A stretch of 64,000 nt of DNA from Spongospora subterranea f. sp. subterranea (Eukaryota). Position 1 is the stretch's first letter. Each line of letters opens with the position of its first letter. The notes beneath the pieces are model-generated. The model saw nothing but the letters and a program-made list of their open reading frames with translations. It had not been told where the DNA came from and did no database searches. The DNA lies in assembly GCA_049724395.1 (NCBI GenBank), contig JAUGWO010000136.1, positions 124,001-188,000 on the forward strand. The letters are read 5' to 3'. This document shows, piece after piece, positions 51,230 to 64,000 of the stretch. A program made the position numbers and the translations under genes.

Positions 51230-52138
51230 ATGCAATAACTGTCTGCGTCCTATCAGGAATATTTCTTCGATGCGGCAGTCCGCCCACTTCCTTTTCGCTG
51301 TGATATCTGCGCTTGATTACTTGGTCAATAAAGTCCAAGATTAAGGAACTATCAAACGTCTGGTCTAGAAACGAGCTGACAAATACACGATCAATTCCCA
51401 TCAGCTTTACAGTATCATATAATTCGTCGTATCGCGGCTTCTTTGGATCGTCAACATCCATTTTGCAGCCAACGATGAATATCGGAATACGGCCAAGGTC
51501 TGATTTTGAAGTTGTCTGCGAGATGTGCTGGGCGCCTAGAATGCGGCTACGGCTCTGAAAGTACTGTTAAGCAACCTGATAAGCAATTTGAAAATACTGA
51601 CCGGCTGGCGAGCATCAATAGGATGTTCCTTATGGGCTGCGACTAGCTCCCTGATCCATTTACGTAGGTTTTCAAAAGATTTTGAATTTGTCAGATCGAA
51701 AACCAAAATAATCCCTTTATCGACAATAATTGACTCCTTATGGGCTAGCGATATTGTGTTTTAACATACCATTGATTTGCGAGTAGAACAGAGGTCGGCT
51801 AATATGATGCATTTTGGCGCCACCAACATCAAAAAACTCTACCATGAAACCTTCATTTCGAAACTGGTGCAACTGATAATCGTATTATAATTCGGATAGA
51901 AATTATGACGTTTTATGTACAAACCAATATATGTGTAGCACAACCGATGGTCCACGATGTCTTGACTGGATCACTACTATCATCAACGGCACATAATCGA
52001 TTCAGGAATGCAGTCTTTCCCACACCGGAATCGCCTGTTATACGCTAATTCACAAATCCAGATCTGTGACATCTAACCCCGGCCCTAACCGACGACTAAT
52101 ATCCTGATGTCCCTGAGCGACGACGCCTCAGATATCAT
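51147..52138 (-). CDS. RABL3: Rab-like protein 3
   Basis: GDSGVGKT, WTIGC, VEFFDVGG, INGIILVFDLTNSKSFENLRKW and IVGCKMD. No CAAX motif. Confidence 0.85.
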
Positions 52139-52193
52139 CTCTTTAGATTGTGTTTTCGGACTTCCAATAGACGGACAAAGTAATTATCAGGTA

Positions 52194-52315
52194 CACCAGT
52201 AACGAGACTATTTACAAATACGATACATAATCACCAGTAACGAGATTAACCATTTACAAATACGATACACAATCACCAGTAACGAGATTAACCATTTACA
52301 AATACGATACATAAT
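52194..52315. repeat. Three tandem repeats of about 42 bp (CACCAGTAACGAGATTAACCATTTACAAATACGATACAYAAT)
   Basis: Units of 38, 42 and 42 bp starting at 52194, 52232 and 52274. Confidence 0.92.
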
Positions 52316-52343
52316 CAACAGATAGAGCATGAATGTATTAAGC

Positions 52344-53956
52344 TTAAATCAAAGTTGAATAGCCGGAAATACTACTTTTCCGACGGAATCTATGAATGGT
52401 GGTGTCTATCATTGAGGAAACGGCGAAAACGCCCCCTATGATGGCGCAGAGATTGGTGAAAAATGAAACAATGGATGTGCGCTGATCGTCAATCGCCAAC
52501 ATGAACGGCGAGAATTTATACTGTTGAAAAAATGTGTGAACGGCTGAGCGTTTAGACTGAATAAACTAACCTGGAAGAATACACCGGGCATGCCCACGAT
52601 TTTATCAGGGCCGGAAAATGTTAACTGCCTGTAAAAATCACGAACAGAGACTTGATTTGTCTGTACAGTCCTGCCAAATGAGCTGACATATGTGGTTGGC
52701 GTCAATTCGATATGATATTGGAATAAGCCAGACCGAAGCTCATCCTTCTGCTGAAACGTTATCATTGTGTGTCATTATGAGAAGTCACGTACCGTCGGTT
52801 GGCGCCGGAACCAACCTTGTCCATGAGCTCAATGAGTTCTGCGCCTGACCACTGTATCGTGGTCCGAAATTCACATAATGAATGGTGTGAGAAGTGTTGA
52901 AAAACGGAATATCACCTAATAAGAACCGTAAGCATGACCTGATAATATTGCGGTTGAGTGATTGGTTACTCATTCGGAAGTTGTGAATATGATGCCCTGA
53001 AACATGGCTTAGCGACCTGCCACAGTTACGAAAACCAAAGAGAATATGTTTTTACCTTGCGACTTATGGGATCTCCCAATTGCAATATGGAAATTCCCTT
53101 CAACCTTATTCACTAACAAAGACCCACGAAAAGAGCAACCTTCAGCGCCAGACCGCTGCTCATTAACACGGTGATCGCTCCCAACCAATGACATAAGACC
53201 ATATCCAGGCATTTGAATATCTATGCAACGATCATCAATATAAACTTTTCGAAGGAAACACCTCAAAAATGTACATAATTTGGGTGACGCGTCTTTATCG
53301 ATAAATTCTCGGCCAATTTTGTATCCGTCACTATCCAATCGTTGTTTGAAAATACTCTGGACCACGTTGACCTAGAAACATTGGCAAATCAAAACAAGAG
53401 CACAGATCTTAGAAGACTGTACCTGCTGCTCGCCAGTGACGTCCATAGAATCCACATGAACATCCGCACAACAAATGGCGGGAAATGTCAAATGAAAATC
53501 GATTTCTATAGTTTGCAGCCGGCTTGTATCGACCTACGAATCTAAACAAGTAACAATATGGCCATGACAAAGGCCTGACCTTGAGATGTTCAGAGCGAGA
53601 TGCGAATAGGAACCCAGATAATTCGGAAAAAAAAAGCACGAGCATAGTAATATAGCAAAGAATCGACACTAATACACGATTAAACGATTCAGTTCGAAAC
53701 CATTTCGTCGCAAAGAAGAATAAAACTTACCAATTCCTCCAGCTGCAGTGGAGCTCGAAACCTGGCTACGTTGAGCGGCATCGATTTTTGAAAACATATC
53801 TACAGTTTGAACACGACGCGCCCATGATGGCAGATGACGTTGTTGACGATCTGGGGAGGCGGGCCCATCAGCATTTCGCCGGCGTACCGTGTTTCCAGCG
53901 TCCATATGTACCGCATGATCATTCCGGGCAGGTTGGAGTAATGCCTCATCCTCCAT
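52344..53956 (-). CDS. ER-Golgi intermediate compartment protein (ERGIC2/3, Erv41/46 family)
   Basis: DMFSKI, TAAGG, EGCSFRGSLLVNKVEGNFHIA, FNTSHTIHYVNFG, FQYHIELTPTTY, PGVFFQY and CAIIGGVF. Confidence 0.9.
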
Positions 53957-54109
53957 GAGACGACAACCCCCACCAAACCAGGAATAAATCCGAACAAAGA
54001 TAAAAAGCAAAGTTCTTGTATGTGTATCCACTTGCGGCCTTTTGCTCGAGAGTCACGGATGTATTTCCCTATTATGACGATCCTCTGCCGCCGAAATTCG
54101 AAATTTACC

Positions 54110-54880
54110 ATTTTGCTGGCAATCAAATATCCACCTGCCATCGTGTCAATTTTGGCATCGTCGGTGGACAGTGGGTCTAGCCTTTTCTTCAGGAGGTTTT
54201 CAATACCGTTGACCCCGAAAGCCAGGTTTACCTGTCGTTTCCAGTTAATGAAATCACTATTCCCCCTTTCATTGGGTATGGGCTCATCACATTGCTAACA
54301 TGGGACCCAAAAGGTACTATGATGGTACAAGGCCATCATTCTCGGGTCTTGATAAACCTAGGACTTTCAAATGATTACAGTAGAAACTGTTGGTAAAGAT
54401 TCCGCCACCGACAGGGAGTATTGATTTCATCAATTGGAAACGACAGGAATCCAGGCTTTTATGGCCAACGGCGTTTTGATCCCTGTCCACCAACGATTCC
54501 AAAATCGGCACGATTGTAGGATCCGTTTTCATAGACGACGCGCTTGAAAAGAAGACGACAAGCGAAGCTTGGAGGTACATTTACTTTCCATCGCCGGCAA
54601 GATATCGGATTACAAGTCGATAGAAATTATATCCGAGTTTTGAAAAAATGACTCGCCAACGAAGTCATTGATTTTATCAACATTAAAAAGGAGCGGTACC
54701 TAAACTTGAAAGGCAATTTGCAGTTGTCGGCACTGAATGCGATTCTAGTCTGCACAGACACAAATTTGAAAGTCTTGTTGAGGCTTGCAGCCGCAACTCC
54801 TCAACCATCGAGTTTGACCACCTTATCAGCAGATTTCAGGAGGCGGAAATGACCCGTATCAAGCCGAAATTGCTTTGAAG
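54110..54880. mobile_element. Degenerate Ty1/copia gag fragments, two diverged copies in opposite orientation
   Basis: Minus strand gives GNSDFINWKRQVNLAFGVNG. Plus strand gives DFINWKRQ..KTTSEAWRY..FESLVEAC..IEFDHLISRFQEAE, resembling Copia gag/UBN2. Frameshifts and stops are present. Confidence 0.5.
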
Positions 54881-55164
54881 ACGTCCACGATAACTTGCAG
54901 TTTCTGCAAAGGCCTAATTTTTTTTTTGGAGAATAGGATAATCAAAATCTTATTTGAACGGCTTAGTGTGCTCCCAATTACTCTGATTTTCTTCAAATCA
55001 CTCAATAATTTTTTTAACCTCATTGATATCTAGTGTAAATTCTGACGATTTTCCAGTGAGTTTACTGCTGAATTGCACAAGTGTTATCATCGCCTGTGTG
55101 ACGAACAATGCTTTTTGCCCGTCCTCCCCTTTACTAACAAGGTTTCGCCTGCTTATCGAAAAAC

Positions 55165-58100
55165 ATGGCCGTAGAGACGCAGAACATCACCAATGACACC
55201 TTCATATGGAAAAACGAAATAAGAAATGACGTCTTCGCGTTCATGCATTTTTTGAATAATTTGCCGTTGATCACTCCACCGTATTGGTTTTCGCTAATAC
55301 TGACATCTGTACGTGAACGCGTTCTCGATATTGCAATCTTGAATGCTGTGCCTTATCGAGTCCTTGAAAGGTCGAGCTGGTCCAAGCTCTAGGGTTGCTG
55401 TTTCTTTCGACGGAGATCATTCAATGGAATGGGGCGATTGAGGATCTAGTCGCCACCATTTCTTCCAGATTCAGGCTAGGCTTCATCACTGACCCTGGCA
55501 ACGCCAGCAGTGCGCTGGTGTGGTCAATACATGTTGTTTTGATCATCACGATCCTGTATTCGATAGTAATTGGTAAACGGATCAGAGAGGTGGACGTTCC
55601 TTCACACATCATCGCAATTCTGTTCTGATTCAGTTATCTAGAAACGCAACTGGAACTACGGGATCTCGATATTATTGGTGGGCGGATTCTGCCACTCCAT
55701 CTGCACCATTCTCTTCGTTCCCATCGTTGTGCTGCTGGTCAACAATTTACAGTGCTTTTCAATCACTTGTTATGGTCGGTTATCAAACAATCTCTGGCCC
55801 ATTTGGTTCAAACAGCAGCACTTATAGATTTTGGTCACGTTCTGTCTGTTATTCTGACCGGGAGTACACTACTATCATTCGTGCTATTTAGTGTTGTGAT
55901 TGTTTCAACCGTGTTTGATCAAGATCCGTGTAAGGGTTCACCGAATAACGGCCCTTATGCGTTTCCCACAGCTGGGCGTCTGATCGTTACCTCAGTAACA
56001 GGTATATACTGGACTCGTGGTCGTATTCACTGTTAAATAACGTTGACATGACATTTGTTCAGCTCTGCTCCTACTTCTGTGTCCTCAATCCATTGCATTG
56101 TATATGCTCTTTCTAATAATTATCAGCGTCTCCACCGGATACGTCGCATATCTCTATACGTACTACCAACCATTTTACTCCAAGAACTATGTTCGTTTTA
56201 TGGCTGTGTCGTCATGGGTCATATGTTGGACGTCCTTATGCAAAGTCTTTACATCCACCGTGTACCTATTGTCAGTTGAACTTATCTAGCCCCACTGCGG
56301 TGACTACAGCTTTCTGTTTGTTCAGGCAAGGCGACGATACTGGAGCATCTAGCCTGTATTTGTTTGGTGTTCCATTAATCATTCTGACTATTCCTCTAAT
56401 GTGCGACATGCGGCGCTCGAAAGTGATTGGCAGATCTGTAGAAGATATCAAATCTGAACTCGAATTGGAAATGAAGGTTCATTACTCATGTTTCGTCGTT
56501 TTTAAGAATGACCAGTGTGCTCAGGTCCGCTTTTTGCTTCAAGATAAAGCCATCACATCAGAGCTCTTACATCACTGTGAAGAACTTTGGACTGATTGCA
56601 TTAGTCGGTAGAATTTGCAATTAGTTCAAAAGTTGTGTTTCCCTGACTTTTAGTGGTTTAGGTATCCTACATCGGCAAAGGCATACATGTATCGAGGAAA
56701 CTTCTATGAACGACGTATAAAGCGCCCCTATTTAGCTCTGGCAATGTACAACAAGGTGCATTAGCGTTTACGTTACATGTTCTATGGCTTACCCTCAAAT
56801 TCAGGCTTTGAGTCTGTCCACGACATTTTTTGACCAAGCGTTAAGTTCGAGAGGGCAATACAACATAGCAAGTTTGCATTTAGGCCAGGTGTTTGCCCGC
56901 ATCCTGAACTACGAGAAGGATTTAGACAGTGCCAGATCATTCGATATAGCATCATCCCGCACCTCGGTAAGGGTATTCTCGTTCCAGGAGGCGTTATTGA
57001 TTGCCAGCATTCAGATTGCATTTTGGGACGAAGCTTCTGCTTCGGCTCCAGATGCCACCAAATTGTATAATCTTATGACAAAACTATCGACAGAAATAGA
57101 AAAGACTGAATCATGTTATCAACGTGTGCTTGATAACGCACCTGATGACGTTTCAAGTCTGCGGGAATATGCTGGATTTCTAATTAATACTGTTAGTTGC
57201 TATCTATTGAAGTTGACAGCCTAGACCTAATTTCAGTCGGGTAAGATAAATGACGTTAAGGGAGGTGAACAGGTTGCGACTCAAGCTATGAATTCATACA
57301 TGGCTCAGCACAAAAAAGGCGAATCTGTCGTCGACTGCAGCGTAGGTTCTATGCCCTTTCCATCAGGAACTTATCACATGAATGCTTTTTCAGAATTCTA
57401 TGCACGTCCTTCTTTCAACAGACGAAAAATCTATCGGAGAGATAGTAACCATCAGCAATACTCTGTGTAAATTACTTGGACATGTCAAATCTGATCTAGA
57501 AGGGACGCACCTTGCGCTGCTGGCCCCGATTATGTTCCGGAAAAGCTTTCATATCTCCATTAACAACATATGTCAACAAGTCGAATGCGAAAGCCAAGGA
57601 GTGCAACAAGTACTCGTGTCGTATCTTCTATTTCGAGTTTGTTTAATTTTTTCCTTTCAGAAGTTCATCGCGCTTCAATCATCTGGATTTCTGCTGATTC
57701 TTGTAATCACATTTAAGTACTTCGCAGACTTAGATAGGCTGTTCATACTTGGATCAGTTCAAGAAGGCCAAGACACTGCAAAACTCTGTCAGCTTTTAGT
57801 TGAGGTGTCGCCAGACGGACGCTCTCATTCTATCATATTTTGCACCGCCGCTTGCAGCGATCTGTTGGGAATCAGCTCAGGTAAGCAACGCCAATGAGTC
57901 AATTCTTCAGTATTTCAGATATTTCAGACATGTTGCAATACCAAAAGCCTTCTATTACTAGTTGGATTCCAAATTACTATGACGGGTTATTATCGTTCAT
58001 GTCAACGAAAGGGGGTTCGAGCGTAGTCAAGGTATGCGATTTCAATGGTAAGTGGACCGGAATACGTTGCCATCATGGCGACACTTCGATTCAAAATGGT

Positions 58101-60848
58101 TGACTTGTAGGCACGAATGACGATCGAATATTAACTGCGAACGTGCACGTTGCGTTTATGAAGTTAGAAGCATTAGAGATTGGAGTTGTTACCATACAAC
58201 GTCAGTAAGGACTTTCGTTGTGTCGGTTGATAACTGACTAAGATGCCTGAAGATGACTCCCTGGACGTAAACCTCTCGAAAGGCAATGCGCAAGAAATTG
58301 TGCAACCGGACAATGCCTATGGGGATTACGACGCGCCATTATTGTCAGCACGGTCAAATTTACAGCTCTCAGCATCGCGTACGGCTCCTGCCAGACTCAA
58401 TTTGCATCTATGACATTATATCGTAGAAACAAATACGGCTAAGGAGCAAATACAGTCATGGTGTCCTGAAGATGACGATTCAAATGAACTTTCATCATCA
58501 TTCAAACCTCAAATCGAATCGCATGTTAATGGCGTCCCGGGCCAGCCTCAAAGTAATGGTGCTTCGGCTGTAGCCAGCCTCATTTCCCAGGGTAAAGTAA
58601 ATGTCATCGCGAACGACGAAAGCTGCCTGACATCATCGGAAACTGAATCTTCCTCTGACACCGATAATGATGGTGACACGTGTACTCAACGTAAAACTGG
58701 GTCCGAGCTATTAAGGACATCGTCGATTGCCAACAATCAGGGAGGTAGTACTACAAAAGCCAACATCGCCAATAACGTTGAGATTTCCCGTGCTTCGGAG
58801 AATCACCTTGTACAAAAAAATGCTTGCGTGATTGTAATTTCGTCTGATGCGTTTTGGTCAGTATGGTGTCCGTCTTAGCATATGGCTAGTGTTGTTCATG
58901 TCAATAGTGCCTGCTCTACTATTAGTGATTTGCACCGATATGTTACTGGCTGCATGGATTTCCAAACTGACGATTATCGAGGACTCTGGCCTCTTAAGGT
59001 ACAAAAGATTCCAAAGCAGCACTGAAAGCGCGCTAACGTGTTAGTCAGATACCTGACAGTGTCGCTGGCAATGTTAACGAATGCCTTGGTGCATCATCGA
59101 CCGCACCATTCAGTCCCCGACGATCTGGCCGCCATTCGTCAAGAATTGATCGGTTTAGCTGACCAGTTTGACTTTATCGGGAACAGCTTGTTTGAAATTC
59201 GGTCCGAATTGGATGACAGGCATCGCGATTTGCTGTTCAAAACAGTTGTTCCTGTTAGAAAAATCATCGACACTACGCAAATATCCGACTCAATGACATT
59301 ATGGGACGCGACACGCTTCATTGTATTATCTTCACGGTTTGTTGCCGCCGCTAATGATCCTTTTGATTTGATGGCAACTAATCGACATGCTTACTTCATT
59401 CTTGAAAACTATCTTGGTTAGATGTCGTCTCGCATAGTCAGCGTGCTGTTAACTATTTAACAGACCCCATCCTACATCGATTCAATGACAGCACGTTTGA
59501 GTACGTAAATGCAGCAAATGCTATTGTCAGGTCCGCTGGACGTGTGACATTATTCTTGATGCTGGGCTCTCTGTCGGCGGTATTCTTTATCACTCTTGTG
59601 ATTATACGACCACGTGTTTGGCAGGTTCAGCTTATAGATCAATAAGTATTCGTCGAATTGCTCAATGCTGTTTCAGATTGAGAAAGACAGTGTCGATGTT
59701 TTGATGAGGATACTTGATTTACCTGCGGAAATAACTGCACAGAGAAAGACGCGCTCCATTAATCGATTGCTTGTATTGGGAGGTACGACGGAAGACCGGG
59801 CACGAAAACGCGACAACAATGTAGCCGGACGGACATCTTGCCAATATCAAATTAGTTGACTTTTCTTATAGCAAGATGCTATGTCAGAGCATCCTAGTAG
59901 CAAAACCCATGGGGGGAGACCCAAGAACCTCTTGAAAGAACTAAAGAGGAGGTCTCTACGCCAGGTATTTTGAAATACCGCTTCTTTGCCAGGTTCTAAA
60001 CCTTTTTCAGAGAATTCGATTGACGGGGAGGATTTTTATTCCAGCTGTACTGCTCTTAGTCTATTTTCCGTTGTTTTATCGCCTAGGATATTCCAACATT
60101 CAAACTCAGCTAAAGTACTCACCCGCAGTTGTAAACATGTCATCGTATCAGAGAACTGCTGTTCGACAAGTTCTTTTCAATGGCCTTATCCTCTCAGACA
60201 AAACCGAAACATCAACAAATTCCAGCATGGCAAATGCAATTGCTGAGCTTGCACAGGTGCACGACAGTCTGATCTACGGTAGTCTTTTGGCACAAACACC
60301 GAATTTGATTGAAACTGCTACTTATCAATCTCAGGTGTGTGGCATAACAACTCGTAAACCCTTATTTCACAACAGTTTTCAGGATGATATATTGTTCTCC
60401 AATTCTTGCGCGTTTATTGGAAACTCGTGTGATCAAGTATTCAATGGATTACTCGTTGACGGGCTTCACGTAAGTTTGCTATCATTCATTCAAGATTCAC
60501 AAAGCCTGTTGAACTTGGTGAGTAACTTTACCAGTCTTACTAAGGCTTCGAAACGGTTGCTGTCGCTAGAATCCGATTATCTTCAGGTACCCTCTTCTTA
60601 GGGTTTCTTATCTCCAAACTAATAGGCAACAGGTGTTGATGGCGCTTGAAACTTCTATGTTTATAACCAGCGTGAATGACGACATATCAAACCATTACAA
60701 AATTTCAACTCTTCTGTTGACTATTGCATTCATTATAATATTAGCTGCGATTTACAAAATAATGCTGGGCCCATTATTGAACGAGCTACTCCTACACGAG
60801 AGTTGCATTGGAAAAATGCGCAAACTGTTACACAATTTCACAGATTAA
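55165..60848 (+). CDS. Second TmcB/TmcC-like large membrane protein with degenerate PAS domain
   Basis: Same architecture as 8851-14720: TM block with YYQPFY, ELEMKVRF, AFWDE..PD, CYQRVL..SLREYAGFL, PAS-like GEIVTISN..LLAPIMF and C-terminal TMs. Confidence 0.75.
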
Positions 60849-61801
60849 ATTTCTACATAAATATATATTTCTAGCTTTGAAGTGTGATCCCATCTCTCGT
60901 GAGGGGAGTGACGCAACAAAAATAATGATTTCGGTCCATGCTTACAATCCAATAATCAATTGAGTGGCTCAAGTGACTTCCATAATTCCACCATGATTAT
61001 CACGCAGCAAAGTGATCATCCTTTGTCTTCCCAATGATTTGGCTTTTGCGCTGCTTTACATTGCCAGTTTTTTTGTCAGTGTCCATGATTCAGCGGTAGC
61101 ATATTATTTGTGTATTTGCTCTTGATTTGACCAGCTTGCAAATTGCAACAACGACCTAAATAAACTGTGAGTGTAATTGTTGACCATCCAGCTGCGATTT
61201 CCTTACTTGCTGTGCTCATGTATTTCAGGGATGATCGCGACCCGACCTACAACCTCCCTATCGATCATAACTTTACAGCCCTATTTGTTCGACCTAGTTT
61301 CACTCCTTTTCTGGTTCTTCAATAAACGGATTAACTTCCACATACGCAGCCTCTTCACGACACCCAACATCTTGTAATGACAATTGCATGTCATTCGCAG
61401 ACGTGTCCGTTCGTGGGGCATTGCAAGACAACAAAGTAAAATTATGTCGCATCTCGTCTTTCCCGATCCGGTTGCGACTTGTTCTCAATTGGTGGAATTA
61501 TTGCAAAATGACGAGAGTTCGTCAGGACGAGACTCGCGCAGATCATACGTGCGGGGGTCTCATCGTTGACGGTAGATACAATATACTGTACATTAGGCGT
61601 TAGTCGAACTGTACGGAAACGCAGTTGGCCGTTTCGATGGTGCACTTCGGTTCGGAGTAACATATGACTGACGGAGCCGTGAAGACGATAGTGCGCGACT
61701 GAGTAATAGTACAGTAGTAGAGCTACCTGGCCCGTTCTCCATCAGGATTTGGCATTTCATAGTATTGGATTGGAACAAGCAGATCTGCAATTGCGGCTGT
61801 C

Positions 61802-64000
61802 ATGGAAGGCACTTCGATTGAGCCGGCATATATTGCCCACCGCTCGAAAATCTTTGAACGATTATTCGAGCGGGAACAGTCACGCCTAAAGGCGCTGAAT
61901 GGTCTGCTGTTAATTGAGTATGATGAATATTCTCGTCTGATTCGATGTCTAAGCGCCAATTACGGTCACTTTACCTGACGGAAAAGAGATTTCGGGAACA
62001 GCCGGTATCACGACTCCCTTACAAATTGCGGAAGGAATTGCAACATCTCTTGCAAAAGTATTCGTCATTAGATTGGTACTTTTCCGACGAACATTGATTG
62101 ATGGACGTATTTAGGCAGTCATTGTTGCAAAAGTCAATGGACAACTATGGGACTTGACTCGCCCTATTGAAGGGTCCTCTACTTTGCAGTTCCTCAAATT
62201 CGATGATCCAGAAGGTATACAATCGGGATTTTGGTTTCGCGATGGAGAATGTGAGTGAACGCTTACCATTTGATCAATGTAGGTCAGAAGGTATTTTGGC
62301 ATTCTAGTGCCCATATTCTGGGAGAAGCACTAGAATATTGGTATAAGGATGGGAAATTATGCATCGGTCCACCCATTGATTCTGGGGGATTTTACTACGA
62401 TATATCGTTACCCGAAGGCCAGGCCATTGTTCCCGCTGATTATAAGTATATTTGAGGTTTTGCATGGTTATTGTTAGCCCTAATGCTGCTTGTTACATAG
62501 AAACCTTGAGACCTTTATCAATAACAACGTCATCAAAGAGAAGCAATTGTTCCAGCGAATAGTAATGACAAAGCAAGAGGCTCTCGAAATGTTCAAGTTC
62601 AATCGTTTCAAAATCGAAATTATCTCAGAAAAAGTTGCTGACGGCGATACGTAAGTTGAGATTGGGAGCAAGAGAACATTTTGTTCATGATAATGTTGTA
62701 CAAGATAGGTGTACGGCTTATCGCTGTGGCCCATTGATTGATTTATGTCGAGGCCCTCATATTCCTCACACTGGTCTTGTAAAGGCGTTCAGAGTCCATA
62801 AAAACTCTTCTGCTTATTGGAAGGGCCAACAGGATCAGGATTCTGTATGTTACGAATGAAAGTCTTGATCTATTGTTTATATTTTTCTGTAGCTTCAACG
62901 GGTGTACGGTATCTCATTCCAATCTGCCAAAGAGTTGAAGGAATGGGAAACAATTCAGAAGTTAGCTGCTGATCGTGATCACCGGAAGATCGGCAAAGAG
63001 CAGCGCCTTTTCTTTTTCAACGAATTATCCCCTGGATCGTGCTTTTTCTTACCACATGGTGCTCGCATCTACAATACGTTAATGCAGTTCATGCGCGAGC
63101 AATATTGGAAACGAGGATATGAGGAGGTATCTTAATGGTATCGCAACATTATCGGATGGGTTAATGTGTAATTGGTTAGGTTATTACGCCAAACGTTTTA
63201 TAACGTGGATCTGTGGAAAACATCTGGTCATTATCAACATTACAAGGAGCACATGTTTTCGTTTACTTCTGATACTAAGGAGTTCGCCATGAAGCCCATG
63301 AATTGTCCTGGTCATTGTCTCATGTTCGCACACGAGCCCCGTTCGTACAAGGATTTACCGATTCGTTTTGCTGATTTTGGCGTTCTGCACCGCAATGAAT
63401 TTGCTGGTGCCTTATCGGGTAGGAATTTCCTTATCTTTGATGACAGTTTCTGCACCGCCTTACATTGTCTTATTAGGGCTTACTCGTGTTCGTCGTTTCC
63501 AGCAAGACGATGCTCACATTTTTTGCCGTTCTGATCAGATCCAGTCTGAGGTACTAGCTCTTTGAGACCAATATTTTTTCATGGCTGACGGTAGGCGATC
63601 AGGTTGGTTCCGTTTTAGACATGTTAAAGGAATGCTATGGCATTTTCGGCTTCAAGTTCCGCCTTGCTCTGTCAACGCGTCCAGAGAAGGCAATGGGAGA
63701 ACAAGCGCTGTGGGATGAAGCTGAAGCGGCGCTAAAGAATGCGTTGGTGTCGTTCGCCGGAGACGTAAGTCGTATGCATACTGGAATCAGATTTGTAATT
63801 GTTGGCTATCTTTTAGGAATGGGGATACAACCATGGTGACGGTGCATTCTATGGACCGAAAATTGACATTGAGGTTACTGACGCCCTTAAAAGGCAACAT
63901 CAATGTGCCACAATCCAATTGGACTTTCAAATGCCCCTCCATTTCGAGCTTCAGTATGACAATGATACCATTGAGAAGCCCCGACCTGTTATTATCCATC
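61802..64000 (+). CDS. TARS: Threonyl-tRNA synthetase (truncated by the window end)
   Basis: TGS domain, [47 protein letters not shown] and GAFYGPKID. Confidence 0.97.

Noticed and set aside
61440..61540. TCTCGTC/GACGAGA short inverted repeats suggesting a MITE
   Set aside because: The repeats are too short, and no TIR pair or target-site duplication could be defined.
1..64000. tRNA, rRNA, snRNA genes and a non-standard genetic code
   Set aside because: GGTTCG hits (for example about 2411, 9661 and 32505) lack cloverleaf context. In-frame stops are explained by short introns or single indels, and TAA, TAG and TGA all serve as stops.

Overview
This is gene-dense eukaryotic nuclear DNA of roughly mid-40s % GC (estimated by eye), with many short GT-AG introns of about 45-65 nt and very short intergenic gaps. 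Kinesin-II and DNAAF3 indicate a flagellated stage. The architecture suggests a compact protist genome, possibly a plasmodiophorid (inference only). About 30 protein-coding genes are recognisable. Housekeeping genes: NAXD, FolD, TFIIE-beta, Dcp1, akirin, Fis1, ORMDL, UFC1, NTH1, Arp3, RABL3, an ERGIC-family protein and ThrRS. Also present are a GFG-filter cNMP-binding channel and two large TmcB/C-like PAS membrane proteins. The most striking region is an accessory-looking cluster at 27.2-40.7 kb. It holds three intron-containing, secreted and membrane-anchored, bacterial-type PQQ glucose/sorbosone-dehydrogenase-like genes around three tandem type-II-membrane GT-A-like glycosyltransferase genes. 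Other features are a 13-copy 49/58/59-bp minisatellite upstream of NAXD, decayed pogo, Copia and possibly chromovirus fragments, and convergent genes with abutting or overlapping stop codons. At least six single-base frameshifts in otherwise intact genes are most likely assembly errors. No tRNA, rRNA or CRISPR array was found. Gene coordinates come from manual splicing and are approximate.
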